DNA of 64,000 bases from Candidatus Sungiibacteriota bacterium (GCA_016186145.1 JACPMF010000009.1:17505-81504), one strand, 5' to 3'; positions 20,831 to 30,116 are shown, counted from the first letter of the stretch. Numbers and translations: made by a program. Notes: generated by a model not told the origin, from the letters alone.

Positions 20831-21107
20831 CGGTGAAAAAGTTTTGAAAATGTCCTTCTAATGCTTCAGGAGGAAACCGCAAAATTTTTCAATACCGCCG
20901 CGTAACGGCGGTTTATTTTTGAACGAAACATAAAAAAGGAAGCACAATGGCTTCCTTCTCACTACTTACTCAATATTATGGCGACCGGAATAGAAAAAAG
21001 ATTCCTCATAGGACATTACTAACGCGAAATAAAATTAAATATGGGTTTTGTAAATTTTGTAACGGGGTTCATGCCGCGTGTGGTGACTGATGGAGTTCCG
21101 ATGGGAA

Positions 21108-21551
21108 TTATTTAAAAATCTCGTCTATAGTTTTTCTATTATGCAGCCCCAAAAATGCGGTGCGCCTTTTTAACTCGTCAAACAAAATCCCAAATTTAGA
21201 AAACACGCTCTCACGCCCAAAAATGCGCGGACTAGATGCATTTTCTACGAAAATTATAGGTACTTTAATTTTCATACCGTCCAATTGAATTTTCACCATA
21301 TGACGATATCCCAACATTGATTCTCCCGAAACACCACGAACGATAAACTTTTTACCATTCGCGACATCTATACCCAACGTCTCTGCGTCAGCCGAGGGCA
21401 TAATGCTTGTTGTTGCACCGGAATCTAAATGAAAAACAGTACGCAGGCCGCGCCCGTTCTTTCCTAAAACAAAAAGCTCGGCCGCAGGGAATACCTCTAT
21501 GCGGCCGTCTTCTTGAAGGCGAAGACCATACGCGAAAATGTATTTGCTCAT
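21108..21551 (-). CDS. retropepsin-like aspartic protease (clan AA)
   Basis: Active-site HLDSGATTS; ~147 aa from the Met at 21551. That Met overlaps the upstream stop as ATGA (translational coupling). Confidence 0.65.
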   Translation of the reverse strand: MSKYIFAYGLRLQEDGRIEVFPAAELFVLGKNGRGLRTVFHLDSGATTSIMPSADAETLGIDVANGKKFIVRGVSGESMLGYRHMVKIQLDGMKIKVPIIFVENASSPRIFGRESVFSKFGILFDELKRRTAFLGLHNRKTIDEIFK

Positions 21552-21832
21552 ATCCTGTATACCACGGTTATCCCTTTCGGCACCGAAACAAGCAAAATAT
21601 CCCGCCATGTAGCGCGGGGGAACTTACGCTTAGCCTTTTTCAATACCTCTGTTGTGTCGATACCGGACGCTACGATCTTTCCACCAACAATAGCCACCTG
21701 TTGACCTCCGTACTTTTTAACATTGATTACGGGAGTAATGTCTCGCTTCATATGGCCTATTATACACAACTTACATAAAAAATCAAAACCCCGTAATAAT
21801 TTTACGGGGATAAAATTAATTTCGTGCTCCAC
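21548..21832 (-). CDS. small protein translationally coupled to the aspartic protease
   Basis: 94 aa (or ~67 aa from the internal Met); 4-nt ATGA overlap with the downstream protease gene. Confidence 0.4.
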   Translation of the reverse strand: MEHEINFIPVKLLRGFDFLCKLCIIGHMKRDITPVINVKKYGGQQVAIVGGKIVASGIDTTEVLKKAKRKFPRATWRDILLVSVPKGITVVYRI

Positions 21833-21910
21833 AATTAATCCGCGCCCCGATTGTAATCGGGGCGCGGAATTTTTGCGGACGAAATTAAAAAAGAAAGCGT
21901 GACGGCTTCC

Positions 21911-22225
21911 TTAAAACAATTTATAACAATCCACGGAAAGTGTGCCGATCTTGGGTGGCGTGACAACCTCAAAATGAAAACGTTTGCCGTCTTTGGAAAC
22001 AGACTCGATGATAAAAGAATTACCGTGAAGTTCCTTGAAAAGAACAACCCCATTCGCATCAGTAATTGCCTCGCGCACCACCGTACCGTCTGATAACTCA
22101 ACTAGCACTTTTGCATTCGGCGCGAGCTCGCATATCTTTACGCCTTGTACATAAGCCCACGCATGACCACCCATCACTAAAAAGAAAAGAAAGACGGACA
22201 CGGCCGCAAAAATCGCATTTCTCAT
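21911..22225 (-). CDS. small secreted protein (signal peptide)
   Basis: AAGGAGG RBS 7 nt before the ATG at 22225; N-terminal signal AIFAAVSVFLFFLVMGGHAWA. Confidence 0.45.
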   Translation of the reverse strand: MRNAIFAAVSVFLFFLVMGGHAWAYVQGVKICELAPNAKVLVELSDGTVVREAITDANGVVLFKELHGNSFIIESVSKDGKRFHFEVVTPPKIGTLSVDCYKLF

Positions 22226-22233
22226 GACAGCGA

Positions 22234-22355
22234 CCTCCTTATATCGGAAACTTTCTGCAAAGAACTTTACCTTTCTTAATAGTATCACTCTGGCTGTTTC
22301 CGGTCAATGCTTCAAAAATCAACCTCGCAACCTCTTTCATTTCTTTTTCTTTCAT
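22234..22355. repeat. copy of glyA 3'-terminal ~110 bp (att-like module), copy 3
   Basis: ~97% identical to 25362-25481 (the last ~40 codons of glyA plus the RBS region). Confidence 0.7.
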
Positions 22356-22414
22356 CCCGCCTCATTTCATTTCGCGGTTCAAAATATCATGGGTGCCGAC
22401 GCGGCGAAGAACTA
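22356..22414 (-). pseudogene. RelE/ParE toxin 3' remnant
   Basis: Matches the last ~60 nt of toxin gene 24472-24732 (ttcgcggttcaaaatatcatgggt...); the rest of the gene is deleted. Confidence 0.55.
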
Positions 22415-22636
22415 TTATAATGAAGCAACAAGCGCCCCGCGTCCAGTAAATCGTCGAGATATCTTTTTTAGTTTAATCGCTTCATCGGCTTCCGCTTCTT
22501 TTTTTTGCCATTCAGGAGTCCAAAACCACTTTTCGTCTAAATTAACCCTTACTGACTTTCTCCATTTAGAAAACGCCTCAAATTCTTTATGAGGAATCAA
22601 AACAAACTTTCCTTTTGGAATAGTGATAACAGTCAT
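22415..22636 (-). CDS. putative antitoxin (paralog of 24735-24968)
   Basis: MTVITIPKGKFVLIPHKEFEAF..WRKSVRVNLDE.WFW.PEWQKKEAEADEAIK; ~85% identical to the antitoxin upstream of RelE at 24472. Confidence 0.5.
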   Translation of the reverse strand: MTVITIPKGKFVLIPHKEFEAFSKWRKSVRVNLDEKWFWTPEWQKKEAEADEAIKLKKISRRFTGRGALVASL

Positions 22637-22695
22637 GATTTTAGTATACATATAAACCGATAACAGTCAAATAAAAAAGGAAGCGTGACGGCTTC

Positions 22696-22932
22696 CTAAG
22701 AATAACTTTGATCGCTTTTTACATACTGAATTACGTCGTCGACGTGTTTCCAAAGTCCTATGCTTAACCCAACACCAGTCACCGCTGCGATAGCACTGAA
22801 TCCAAACACGTTATTTTCACTTACTGCGAAAACTGCTAAACTGCCGAACACTAATACAATGACAAATTGTGCTACTGCGGCGAAAACTATTTCCGCCGTA
22901 ATCCTAGCCCTTCTTAACTTTGTACTCACCAT
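22696..22932 (-). CDS. small membrane protein
   Basis: 78 aa, two TM helices; rho-independent terminator (aggaagccgtcacgcttcc + T run) right after the stop. Confidence 0.35.
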   Translation of the reverse strand: MVSTKLRRARITAEIVFAAVAQFVIVLVFGSLAVFAVSENNVFGFSAIAAVTGVGLSIGLWKHVDDVIQYVKSDQSYS

Positions 22933-22951
22933 TTGCCCCTTCCCTTTTTGA

Positions 22952-23281
22952 CTATCTTACCCGCATCCATGAACCGTCTTTCCTGCGGCGATATCTTCGC
23001 TTTTCATTTTGAACTAAAACTTTATCCATCTCCCGATCAGTGTTAACGCCCAAAATCTCAAGAAACCCGAGATCAAACACCATCAGATCAATTAAAGCGT
23101 TAATAACCTTACTGCGGTTTCCTCTCCTATGCGCGGCGGCAAGTTCTCCGAGCTCTTCGACAAGGTGGACAATCTCTTCACGCACACCATTCCGGCTTCT
23201 ACTAACATTAAAACCTTTTGCAACTTTATTTCGGTATATTCTTCGCTGCAGCAACTTAAGATGGCCGCACCCTTTGCTCAT
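22952..23281 (-). CDS. MazG-like small nucleotide pyrophosphohydrolase (tentative)
   Basis: EEIVHLVEELGELAAA...ALIDLMVFDLGFLEILGVNTD.E...V..N.KR pattern resembles the MazG all-alpha NTP-PPase fold. Confidence 0.4.
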   Translation of the reverse strand: MSKGCGHLKLLQRRIYRNKVAKGFNVSRSRNGVREEIVHLVEELGELAAAHRRGNRSKVINALIDLMVFDLGFLEILGVNTDREMDKVLVQNEKRRYRRRKDGSWMRVR

Positions 23282-23411
23282 TAACTAATCCTCCTTATAT
23301 CGTAAATTTCTTGCAAAGAGCTGTCACTTTCTTACTCGTACTATTTTTACTATTTCCTGTCAACGTTTCGTAAATCAACCCTGCAATTTCTTTCATCGCC
23401 TTTTCTTTCAT
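23282..23411. repeat. diverged copy of glyA 3'-terminal module, copy 2
   Basis: Collinear with 25362-25481 at roughly 75% identity (by-eye estimate). Confidence 0.6.
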
Positions 23412-23493
23412 CCCGTTACAAAATTTACATAAGTCATTTACGAAATATAACCATTTTTAGTCTAAAAAAACAAAATTCAATCAAAGATCTTGT
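23411..23493. mobile_element. hairpin element H (tcccgttacaaaatttaca ... tgtaaattttgtaacggga)
   Basis: 19-bp perfect inverted repeat sharing the TCCCGTTA core; a half-copy lies at 21048-21074. Confidence 0.45.
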
Positions 23494-23561
23494 AAATTTT
23501 GTAACGGGATTCGTGCCTAACTGTTGTGGCAACGAACGGCGTCACAATATAAAGCCGGAGG

Positions 23562-23828
23562 TTATTGATAAATGTTGCTCGCACGGCGCAGTACTTCTTT
23601 AATTTCAACAACGCCTGCGCCAGTCCGTATGGAATAAAAGATGCGATAATTACCTACACGCCTCCGCCATAAATCATCTCTCTCGCCAATTTTAGCGATA
23701 TCTCCCAGCCACGGATCGATAACAAAATCGCGAAGCGCGTTTAATATACGTTCGCGATCGCGGATAGGTAGACGTTTGATTTGTTTTTTAACGCGTTTTG
23801 GTATGTGTACGACCCAGCTCATTTTCAA
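23562..23828 (-). CDS. RelE/ParE-family type II toxin
   Basis: ...VGNYRIFYSIRTGAGVVEIKEVLRRAS is a typical RelE/ParE C-terminus; overlaps the upstream antitoxin. Confidence 0.7.
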   Translation of the reverse strand: MKMSWVVHIPKRVKKQIKRLPIRDRERILNALRDFVIDPWLGDIAKIGERDDLWRRRVGNYRIFYSIRTGAGVVEIKEVLRRASNIYQ

Positions 23829-24024
23829 AATCTTCTAAAGTCACATAAGCGCCGTGCACCAGTTCCTTATCGCTTTTTTCAATGGCCCGCGCCTCTTTTT
23901 CGCTCAGTTTTACAACCGAAATAACCTTAGGCCGCCTACGAAGGAGTATTTCGTACTCTTTTCGGGGAATCACAACAAGGTCATCTTTACGAGCTAACTT
24001 TTTTGGAATAGTAATAATAGCCAT
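23788..24024 (-). CDS. putative antitoxin (AbrB/SpoVT-like ITIPKK motif)
   Basis: MAIITIPKKLARKDDLVVIPRKEYEILL; overlaps the RelE-like gene. Confidence 0.5.
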   Translation of the reverse strand: MAIITIPKKLARKDDLVVIPRKEYEILLRRRPKVISVVKLSEKEARAIEKSDKELVHGAYVTLEDFENELGRTHTKTR

Positions 24025-24092
24025 GAATAAAGCATACAAGAAACAACAATATAAAGTCAAACAAAAAAGGAAGCGCGGCGGCCTCCTAATAA

Positions 24093-24338
24093 TCAAAGAT
24101 CTTTTTTAGTATTCAAACCCCTTTTAAAAACCAACATTCCCATAAAAACGGCCCAGACACCTACTAATGTTCCAAAAGTCTGCCAAAGAAACTCACTGGA
24201 GTAAACAGAACCTCTATGCCGTAAAATGTAAATCCCCCCTCCGGACAGAGACATGCCGAAAATCATTAAAAGAAACCAAACAGTCCCCAATAAAAATATA
24301 GTCGTACCACTATAAATTCCGAGCCTCCTCATGGTCAT
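24093..24338 (-). CDS. small membrane protein
   Basis: GGAGGG RBS; two TM helices; 81-83 aa. Confidence 0.4.
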   Translation of the reverse strand: MTMRRLGIYSGTTIFLLGTVWFLLMIFGMSLSGGGIYILRHRGSVYSSEFLWQTFGTLVGVWAVFMGMLVFKRGLNTKKDL

Positions 24339-24344
24339 GGTCAA

Positions 24345-24466
24345 ACCCTCCTATATTGAAAATTTTCTGCAAAGAACTTTAACTCTCATACTCGTAGCAC
24401 GGAGGTTATGCATCGTCAACGCTTGATAAATCAGCCAGCGATTTCTTTCATCTGTTTTTCTTTCAC
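24345..24466. repeat. diverged copy of glyA 3'-terminal module, copy 1
   Basis: Ends conserved with 25362-25481 (ATGAAAGAAA... / ...AGTTAAAGTTCTTTGCAG...ATATAGGAGG); the centre is diverged. Confidence 0.55.
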
Positions 24467-24471
24467 CCGCC

Positions 24472-24732
24472 TCATTTCCTTTCGCGGTTCAAAATATCAT
24501 GGGTACCTGCGCGGCGAAGAATTATCGTTTGGTTATCAAGTTGAAAAGTGAAACGATACCCGCGGCTTATACGCGCATACCAAATCTCTGTGCCGGGAAG
24601 TTTCTTTGCGCGAAGTGAAGAATGCCGAATGTTTTCTAATAAAAATCCGAGCGCCTTGCCAAGCGCTCGTTGAATATTCTGCGGCAAATCTTTATAGTCT
24701 CTTTTAAACGGCCCCGTATAGACAATCTCCAT
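24472..24732 (-). CDS. RelE/ParE-family type II toxin
   Basis: ...YRFTFQLDNQTIILRRAGTHDIL, a typical ParE/RelE fold signature. Confidence 0.7.
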   Translation of the reverse strand: MEIVYTGPFKRDYKDLPQNIQRALGKALGFLLENIRHSSLRAKKLPGTEIWYARISRGYRFTFQLDNQTIILRRAGTHDILNRERK

Positions 24733-24734
24733 TT

Positions 24735-24968
24735 CTATTTACGCTTTAGTGAAGCAACAAGCGCATTGTGTTTAGTAAATCGCCGGGACATTTTTTTTCG
24801 TTTAATCGCTTCATCAGCCTCGGCTTCTTTTTTTTGCCACTCCGGAAACCAAAACCATTGTTCATCCAAATTAACCCGTACTGACTTTCTCCATCTAGAA
24901 AACGCTTCAAATTCTTCGTGAGGAATCAGAACAAATTTCCCTTTTGGAATAGTAATAATTTTATTCAT
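24735..24968 (-). CDS. putative antitoxin (ITIPKGKFVLIPHEEFEAF...)
   Basis: Paralog of 22415-22636; 3 nt upstream of the toxin. Confidence 0.5.
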   Translation of the reverse strand: MNKIITIPKGKFVLIPHEEFEAFSRWRKSVRVNLDEQWFWFPEWQKKEAEADEAIKRKKMSRRFTKHNALVASLKRK

Positions 24969-25035
24969 AGATATTTTATTATACCGAAAATATGAACTAA
25001 AAGTCAAACAAAAAAGGAAGCACGATAACTGCTTC

Positions 25036-25350
25036 CTATGTTTCTGGACAATAAAGTTTTGTTTCTATGCCGTTGAAAAAGCCTGCGCCCTTCCCGACCC
25101 CCGGACCATCTTGATACCAAAATATAATCTCCCAGTAACCCTTGGCGATATTCTCAAATCGGGCCACACCGTTAACAGGTTTTACATCTAAAATCGCGCC
25201 TGTACTCTGGATAGAAATTAGTTCAACCCCGGCATCATCATCTACGCAGACAACCAAGTTGGTCGTAACGAAATACCGATCGTAAACCCCCAGCCCAATC
25301 GCACCAAGAAACGCTGCTATCAAAACCACGAAAACCCACTTCCCCCACAT
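25036..25350 (-). CDS. small secreted protein (signal peptide)
   Basis: AAGGGAGG RBS; MWGKWVFVVLIAAFLGAIGLG signal; first gene after the glyA stop. Confidence 0.45.
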   Translation of the reverse strand: MWGKWVFVVLIAAFLGAIGLGVYDRYFVTTNLVVCVDDDAGVELISIQSTGAILDVKPVNGVARFENIAKGYWEIIFWYQDGPGVGKGAGFFNGIETKLYCPET

Positions 25351-25361
25351 TGTTGCCTCCC

Positions 25362-26603
25362 TTATATATATTTGAAACTCCTGCAAAGAACTTTAACTTT
25401 CTTATTAGTATCACTCTGGCTGTTTCCGGTCAATGCTTCAAAAATCAACCTCGCAACCTCTTTCATTTCTTTTTCTTTCATGCCGCGGGTCGTAATTGAC
25501 GGCGTGCCGATACGAATACCAGAAGGGTCAAAGGGTGAGCGCGCATCATACGGAATAGTGTTGCGATTGACAATAATTCCAACTTGCTCAAGCCGGTCCT
25601 GTGCTTCTCTACCGGAAATACCAAGTTTGGTGACATCAACCAACATCAAGTGGTTGTCGGTTCCGCCGGATATAATTTCCAAACCTAATTCTTGCAGTTC
25701 ATGCGCGAGTATTTTTGCGTTTTTTACAATTTGTCTTCCGTACTTCTTAAACGCGGGCATCATCGCCTCGCCAAGCGCTACGGCAATTGCGGCAGTCTGA
25801 TTATCATGCGGCCCGCCTTGCAGAGCCGGAAAAATTGCTTTATCAATTTCTTTGGCAATATCAACTTTATTGATAGCGGCTATCTTTGACTTTGTATTAA
25901 CAAAAATCATAGCCCCTCTCGGGCCGCGCAAGGTTTTATGCGTCGTAGTGGTTGCCACATCAACATACGGAAATGGTGAAGGGTGCGCGCCAGCCGCAAT
26001 CAAACCGGCAATATGGGCGATATCTGCCATCAAATACGCCCCGACCTCATCGGCTATTTTGCGGAATTTTTTAAAATCAATAATTCGAGAATAAGCCGTC
26101 GCTCCGCAAACGATAATCTTTGGTTTTTCTTTTTGCGCAATTTTTCTGACATCATTATAGTCAACATAGCCATCGCGCCCAACCCCGTATTGCACTGACT
26201 TCCAAAATCTAGCGGTTGCCGAAACTTTCCAACCGTGGGTGAGATGGCCGCCAAAAGGCAAAGACATTCCCATTATTTTTTCACCGTCTTTCAAAAGCGC
26301 GTAATACACGGCAAAGTTTGCGGGTGAACCCGAATACGGCTGGACGTTCACGTGCCAATTTTTACCAAGCCGAAAGACTTTGCGAGCGCGTTCTTGGGCG
26401 AGCAGCTCAATTTCGTCAACAACATTATTTCCCGCATAATATCGTTTCCCGGGATATCCCTCGGAATATTTATTCGTGAGCGGGGAGCCCAGCGCTTCCA
26501 AAACCGCCGCCGAAACGATATTTTCAGAAGGAATCAAATCAAGCGTCCACTGCTGGCGCTTGATTTCGTCGCGGATCAGATTAAAAATTATGCGGTCAGA
26601 CAT
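25362..26603 (-). CDS. glyA: serine hydroxymethyltransferase
   Basis: SENIVSAAVLEALGSPLTNKYSEGYPGKRYY, PLP site ...TTTTHKTLRGPRG; start set at MSDRII by alignment. Confidence 0.92.
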   Translation of the reverse strand: MSDRIIFNLIRDEIKRQQWTLDLIPSENIVSAAVLEALGSPLTNKYSEGYPGKRYYAGNNVVDEIELLAQERARKVFRLGKNWHVNVQPYSGSPANFAVYYALLKDGEKIMGMSLPFGGHLTHGWKVSATARFWKSVQYGVGRDGYVDYNDVRKIAQKEKPKIIVCGATAYSRIIDFKKFRKIADEVGAYLMADIAHIAGLIAAGAHPSPFPYVDVATTTTHKTLRGPRGAMIFVNTKSKIAAINKVDIAKEIDKAIFPALQGGPHDNQTAAIAVALGEAMMPAFKKYGRQIVKNAKILAHELQELGLEIISGGTDNHLMLVDVTKLGISGREAQDRLEQVGIIVNRNTIPYDARSPFDPSGIRIGTPSITTRGMKEKEMKEVARLIFEALTGNSQSDTNKKVKVLCRSFKYI

Positions 26604-26707
26604 TTTCCTTATTTTGCCACTGAAATAAAACAAAGTAAATATTGACGCCAAACAAAACCGCGCTATTATTTATTTAAAATGTTCTTTACCAAATAAAGGA
26701 GGCGGCT

Positions 26708-26932
26708 ATGAGCTTGAAAGTGTATATCGTGGTCTTCAGTGACGGTATCGGTCAAAAGGCCTGCGAAATTGCCGCGCGCGATGAAGCCGAAGCAATAAAG
26801 CTTGTCCGTGAAGATCCCTATTCGGCAGGAGCCAAGGATATTCATGTTTTAGGCGAACTCAAAAACCCAGTAATGCTTCGCTGGTTGCCATACATTCCTT
26901 CAAAATCATGGGTGGAACGCCGCAATGGATAA
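26708..26932 (+). CDS. small hypothetical protein
   Basis: AAAGGAGG RBS; 74 aa; overlaps the start of the HAD hydrolase gene. Confidence 0.45.
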   Translation: MSLKVYIVVFSDGIGQKACEIAARDEAEAIKLVREDPYSAGAKDIHVLGELKNPVMLRWLPYIPSKSWVERRNG

Positions 26933-27707
26933 AACACGAAATGGTTCTTCTCCTATGGTTTTTGTCTTTGACGGCGACGACACGCTATGGATGAACGAAT
27001 GGCAGTACTCCCAAACCTACGCCGACTTTTTCAGCTATCTCTATGCAACACTCGGCGACAGAACGCCAAATTTCCACTATATCCGCGAACGATATTTTCA
27101 AATAGAGGGAGAGCTTTACAAGACATGTGGTGTTCGCCGAGGCAGGGTTGCCGAAGCAATGGCATGCCTTCATAAAGAAATTTGCGCATGGATAGAATGG
27201 CGATGGAACGAGAATTTATACAGGGAAGAAGACGAAGAAGAAATCCGAAAAATCGGCGACCAGCCGTTTGACTACACAAAACTGCGTTGGGTGCCGGGTG
27301 CTGAAAAAACACTACAAACCTTAAAAGCGGCTGGGCATAAACTTTGTTTCCTTTCAAGTTACGACAGTGCGGTTTTCCCGAAACGGGCCGGGTTTCTTTG
27401 GTTATCACGATTTTTCGGCCCTGAAAGAATCCGTACCACTGAATACAGAAAAAATAAAGAAGATTTTATCGCGGTAAGCGGTTGGACACCAAACGATACT
27501 AGTACATACTATGCCGTAGGAAACAGCGAAAGCGATATTCTGCCGGCGCTTGAAATCAACGATACATGGCGAGGCATTTATATACCATATGGATCAACTT
27601 CAAAATTCTTCGCTGCTAGAGATGCTATAAATTTCTTGGCGCAACCAATGGACCATCCGCGCGTTACAACCATTAAATCCATTGCTGAACTCCTTAGTAT
27701 TTTATAA
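26925..27707 (+). CDS. HAD-superfamily hydrolase (phosphatase)
   Basis: Motif I FVFDGDDTLW, motif IV-like GNSESD. Confidence 0.6.
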   Translation: MDKTRNGSSPMVFVFDGDDTLWMNEWQYSQTYADFFSYLYATLGDRTPNFHYIRERYFQIEGELYKTCGVRRGRVAEAMACLHKEICAWIEWRWNENLYREEDEEEIRKIGDQPFDYTKLRWVPGAEKTLQTLKAAGHKLCFLSSYDSAVFPKRAGFLWLSRFFGPERIRTTEYRKNKEDFIAVSGWTPNDTSTYYAVGNSESDILPALEINDTWRGIYIPYGSTSKFFAARDAINFLAQPMDHPRVTTIKSIAELLSIL

Positions 27708-27801
27708 ATCCAAAGACCGTTTGTCACAACGGTCTTTTTAAAAAATTCAAACATAACATTAACTGTCCGATCGGACAGTTAATGTTATGGATTGAAACTT
27801 A

Positions 27802-28431
27802 TCAACTAAGAAGGTCTCTAACGGTTTCTACAAATTCCTTTTTGTGATTAGAATTTTTAACCAAATCCAGTTTGTCGGTATTCACCGAGACGATACGGAA
27901 CTTATACTCCCCCTTGGTCCACTCTTGCTGCAAACGATGAAGGGTTTCTAAATAAATGGGATCCACCTCTGTCTCAAAGCCGCGAGCGCGTTTTTGTATC
28001 CGCTGTTTTAAAACAGGCAGAGAAGCTTCAAGGTTGATGATAAGATCCGGCTTAGGAAGATTTTTTGCAAGAAGAGAATTGAAAAACTTCTGATAAAGAG
28101 AAAACTCTATTTCTGACATCCGCCCGAGAATTTTTTGCGCTTTGGCGTATGTGAAGTTGTCCTGGTATACAAACGAATCCTGAATTACGCTTTGCTCGGC
28201 CAAAAGTGATGCCATGTGTTCAAGCTGCCGAACCCGGTCTTCTAAAAAAAATAGCTGCAAAGAAAAAGCCCACCGCGCCGGGTCTTTATAAAAAAGCGGG
28301 AGGAACGCATTCTCATTAACAGTCTCTTCCAAAACGTGAAATCCGAGCTCCTGCTTCAAAAGATTGCAAGCAGTGGTCTTTCCCGACCCCATAATGCCGG
28401 TTAGGGCAATGAAATAATTTTTTTTCTGCAT
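27802..28431 (-). CDS. deoxynucleoside kinase
   Basis: P-loop IALTGIMGSGKTT, dNK-family length and LID region; lies next to folA/thyA. Confidence 0.7.
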   Translation of the reverse strand: MQKKNYFIALTGIMGSGKTTACNLLKQELGFHVLEETVNENAFLPLFYKDPARWAFSLQLFFLEDRVRQLEHMASLLAEQSVIQDSFVYQDNFTYAKAQKILGRMSEIEFSLYQKFFNSLLAKNLPKPDLIINLEASLPVLKQRIQKRARGFETEVDPIYLETLHRLQQEWTKGEYKFRIVSVNTDKLDLVKNSNHKKEFVETVRDLLS

Positions 28432-28436
28432 GCCAT

Positions 28437-28934
28437 TTAAAAATTATCAGTAGTTCGCCGCAACACAATAAAAGTGTACGGGTAGATATTTTTCTCACCC
28501 GGCCCGTAATTTTCACAAAAAATTTCTTGCCACCCTTTCCTTGAAAACTCCGGAAAGTATGTGTCGCCTTCAAAATCGTGATCTACCAGAGTGAGGTACA
28601 TGCGCGTTGCTCGTGGCAGAAAAAGTTTATAAATCTCTCCGCCGCCTATAACCATTGCTTCTTCATATCCATTGCACTTTTGAAGCGCCTCGTCTACAGA
28701 ATGTACTACTATACACCCTTCTTGCAAGTAACTTTTGTCCCGAGTCAAAATTATATTGACACGTTCGGGTAGCGGCCTGCCGATTGACTCATAAGTTTTC
28801 CGGCCCATGATAATCGGCTTGCCAATGGTGAGTTCACGAAAGCGCTTCATGTCAGCCGACAATTTCCAGAGCATAGTATTGCCCTTTCCGATTACATTAT
28901 TTTTGGCGATGGCGGCGATTAGAGAAATAATCAT
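28437..28934 (-). CDS. folA: dihydrofolate reductase
   Basis: MIISLIAAIAKNNVIGKGN.MLW.L..D...F...T.GKPIIMGRKT.ESIGRPLP.R.NI.LTR. Confidence 0.9.
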   Translation of the reverse strand: MIISLIAAIAKNNVIGKGNTMLWKLSADMKRFRELTIGKPIIMGRKTYESIGRPLPERVNIILTRDKSYLQEGCIVVHSVDEALQKCNGYEEAMVIGGGEIYKLFLPRATRMYLTLVDHDFEGDTYFPEFSRKGWQEIFCENYGPGEKNIYPYTFIVLRRTTDNF

Positions 28935-29108
28935 TTAACCAACAAAATACTAACTTCTAAATCCCTGCCTGCGCGCGACGCGCGGGTAGGCGAAATCCTA
29001 AACAAATTCTAAACCACAAATTTTTAAATCCAAAACATGTTTGGAATTTAGAGTTTGTGAATTGTGATTTGTTTAGGATTTAAAGTTTAGGGCTTATGGT
29101 TTTATAAA

Positions 29109-29930
29109 TTACACTGCCATCGGCGCTTTAATCGCCGGATGCGACTCATAATCAACAAGCTGAATATCGTCCATAGTGAAACTGTCTATATCTTTTACTT
29201 CTGGTTTAAGCCGCAATTTTGACAACGGAAATGTTTCGCGTCCTAATTGCTCTTTAACTTGATCAAAGTGGTTATGGTAAATATGGGAATCGCCAAGTGT
29301 ATGAATAAATTCTCCCGGAGTCAAACCCGCAACTTGCGCGACCATGTGTAAAAGCAAGGAGTAAGAAGCGATATTAAAAGGTACTCCCAAAAACATATCG
29401 CACGAGCGCTGGTACATCTGGAGCGACAGTCTTCCGTCTGCAACATAAAACTGTGAAAAGGCATGGCACGGCGGAAGAGCCATCTGATCAATTTCTCCGG
29501 GATTCCACGCAGTCAAAATAAGACGCCGGTCATGCGGGTCTTTTTTAATTCGCTCTATGACATCTTTGATCTGGTCTATTTCTCTGCCATCCGGGGCTCT
29601 CCATGATCTCCATTGAACGCCGTATATCCTACCGACATCTCCATTAAAACGAGCTTTCGGTTTCCAGTACGGCGCCTCGGCATTTGCATCCCAAATACGC
29701 GCGCCAAGCTCATTTAATTTTTTTACATCGGAACTGCCCTGCAAAAACCACAAAAGCTCGGCCTTAACTGGATTAAAAGCAAGTTTTTTGGTGGTTATCG
29801 CCGGAAAACCATCGCTCATCTTGTACCTCATCTGCATTCCAAAAACCGCTCTGGTCGGAATTCCTGTCCGATTCGGCTTATCAACACCGTTTTCAAGAAT
29901 ATATTTTAGTGAATCGAGGTATTGTTTCAT
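29109..29930 (-). CDS. thyA: thymidylate synthase (ThyA type)
   Basis: MKQYLDSLKYILENG..K.NRTG, catalytic LPPCHAFSQFYV, and Asn in GVPFNIASY (dUMP specificity). Start set at Met57 of the track ORF by alignment. Confidence 0.9.
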   Translation of the reverse strand: MKQYLDSLKYILENGVDKPNRTGIPTRAVFGMQMRYKMSDGFPAITTKKLAFNPVKAELLWFLQGSSDVKKLNELGARIWDANAEAPYWKPKARFNGDVGRIYGVQWRSWRAPDGREIDQIKDVIERIKKDPHDRRLILTAWNPGEIDQMALPPCHAFSQFYVADGRLSLQMYQRSCDMFLGVPFNIASYSLLLHMVAQVAGLTPGEFIHTLGDSHIYHNHFDQVKEQLGRETFPLSKLRLKPEVKDIDSFTMDDIQLVDYESHPAIKAPMAV

Positions 29931-30116
29931 GCGAATTTTATCCCGCAACTTCCGCGACCGAAGGGAGCGCGAGGTTGGCGAGGACCCCGCACCTCCCGAA
30001 CTGCTGACTCGGTAAAATTCAGAGTCAGTATCGCGGAAGTACGGGACCGCGCACTCAAACCTCACTTCGTTCGGGATGGTGCGGTGGTTTACGAGCATTA
30101 GCGAGTAACTATAAAA

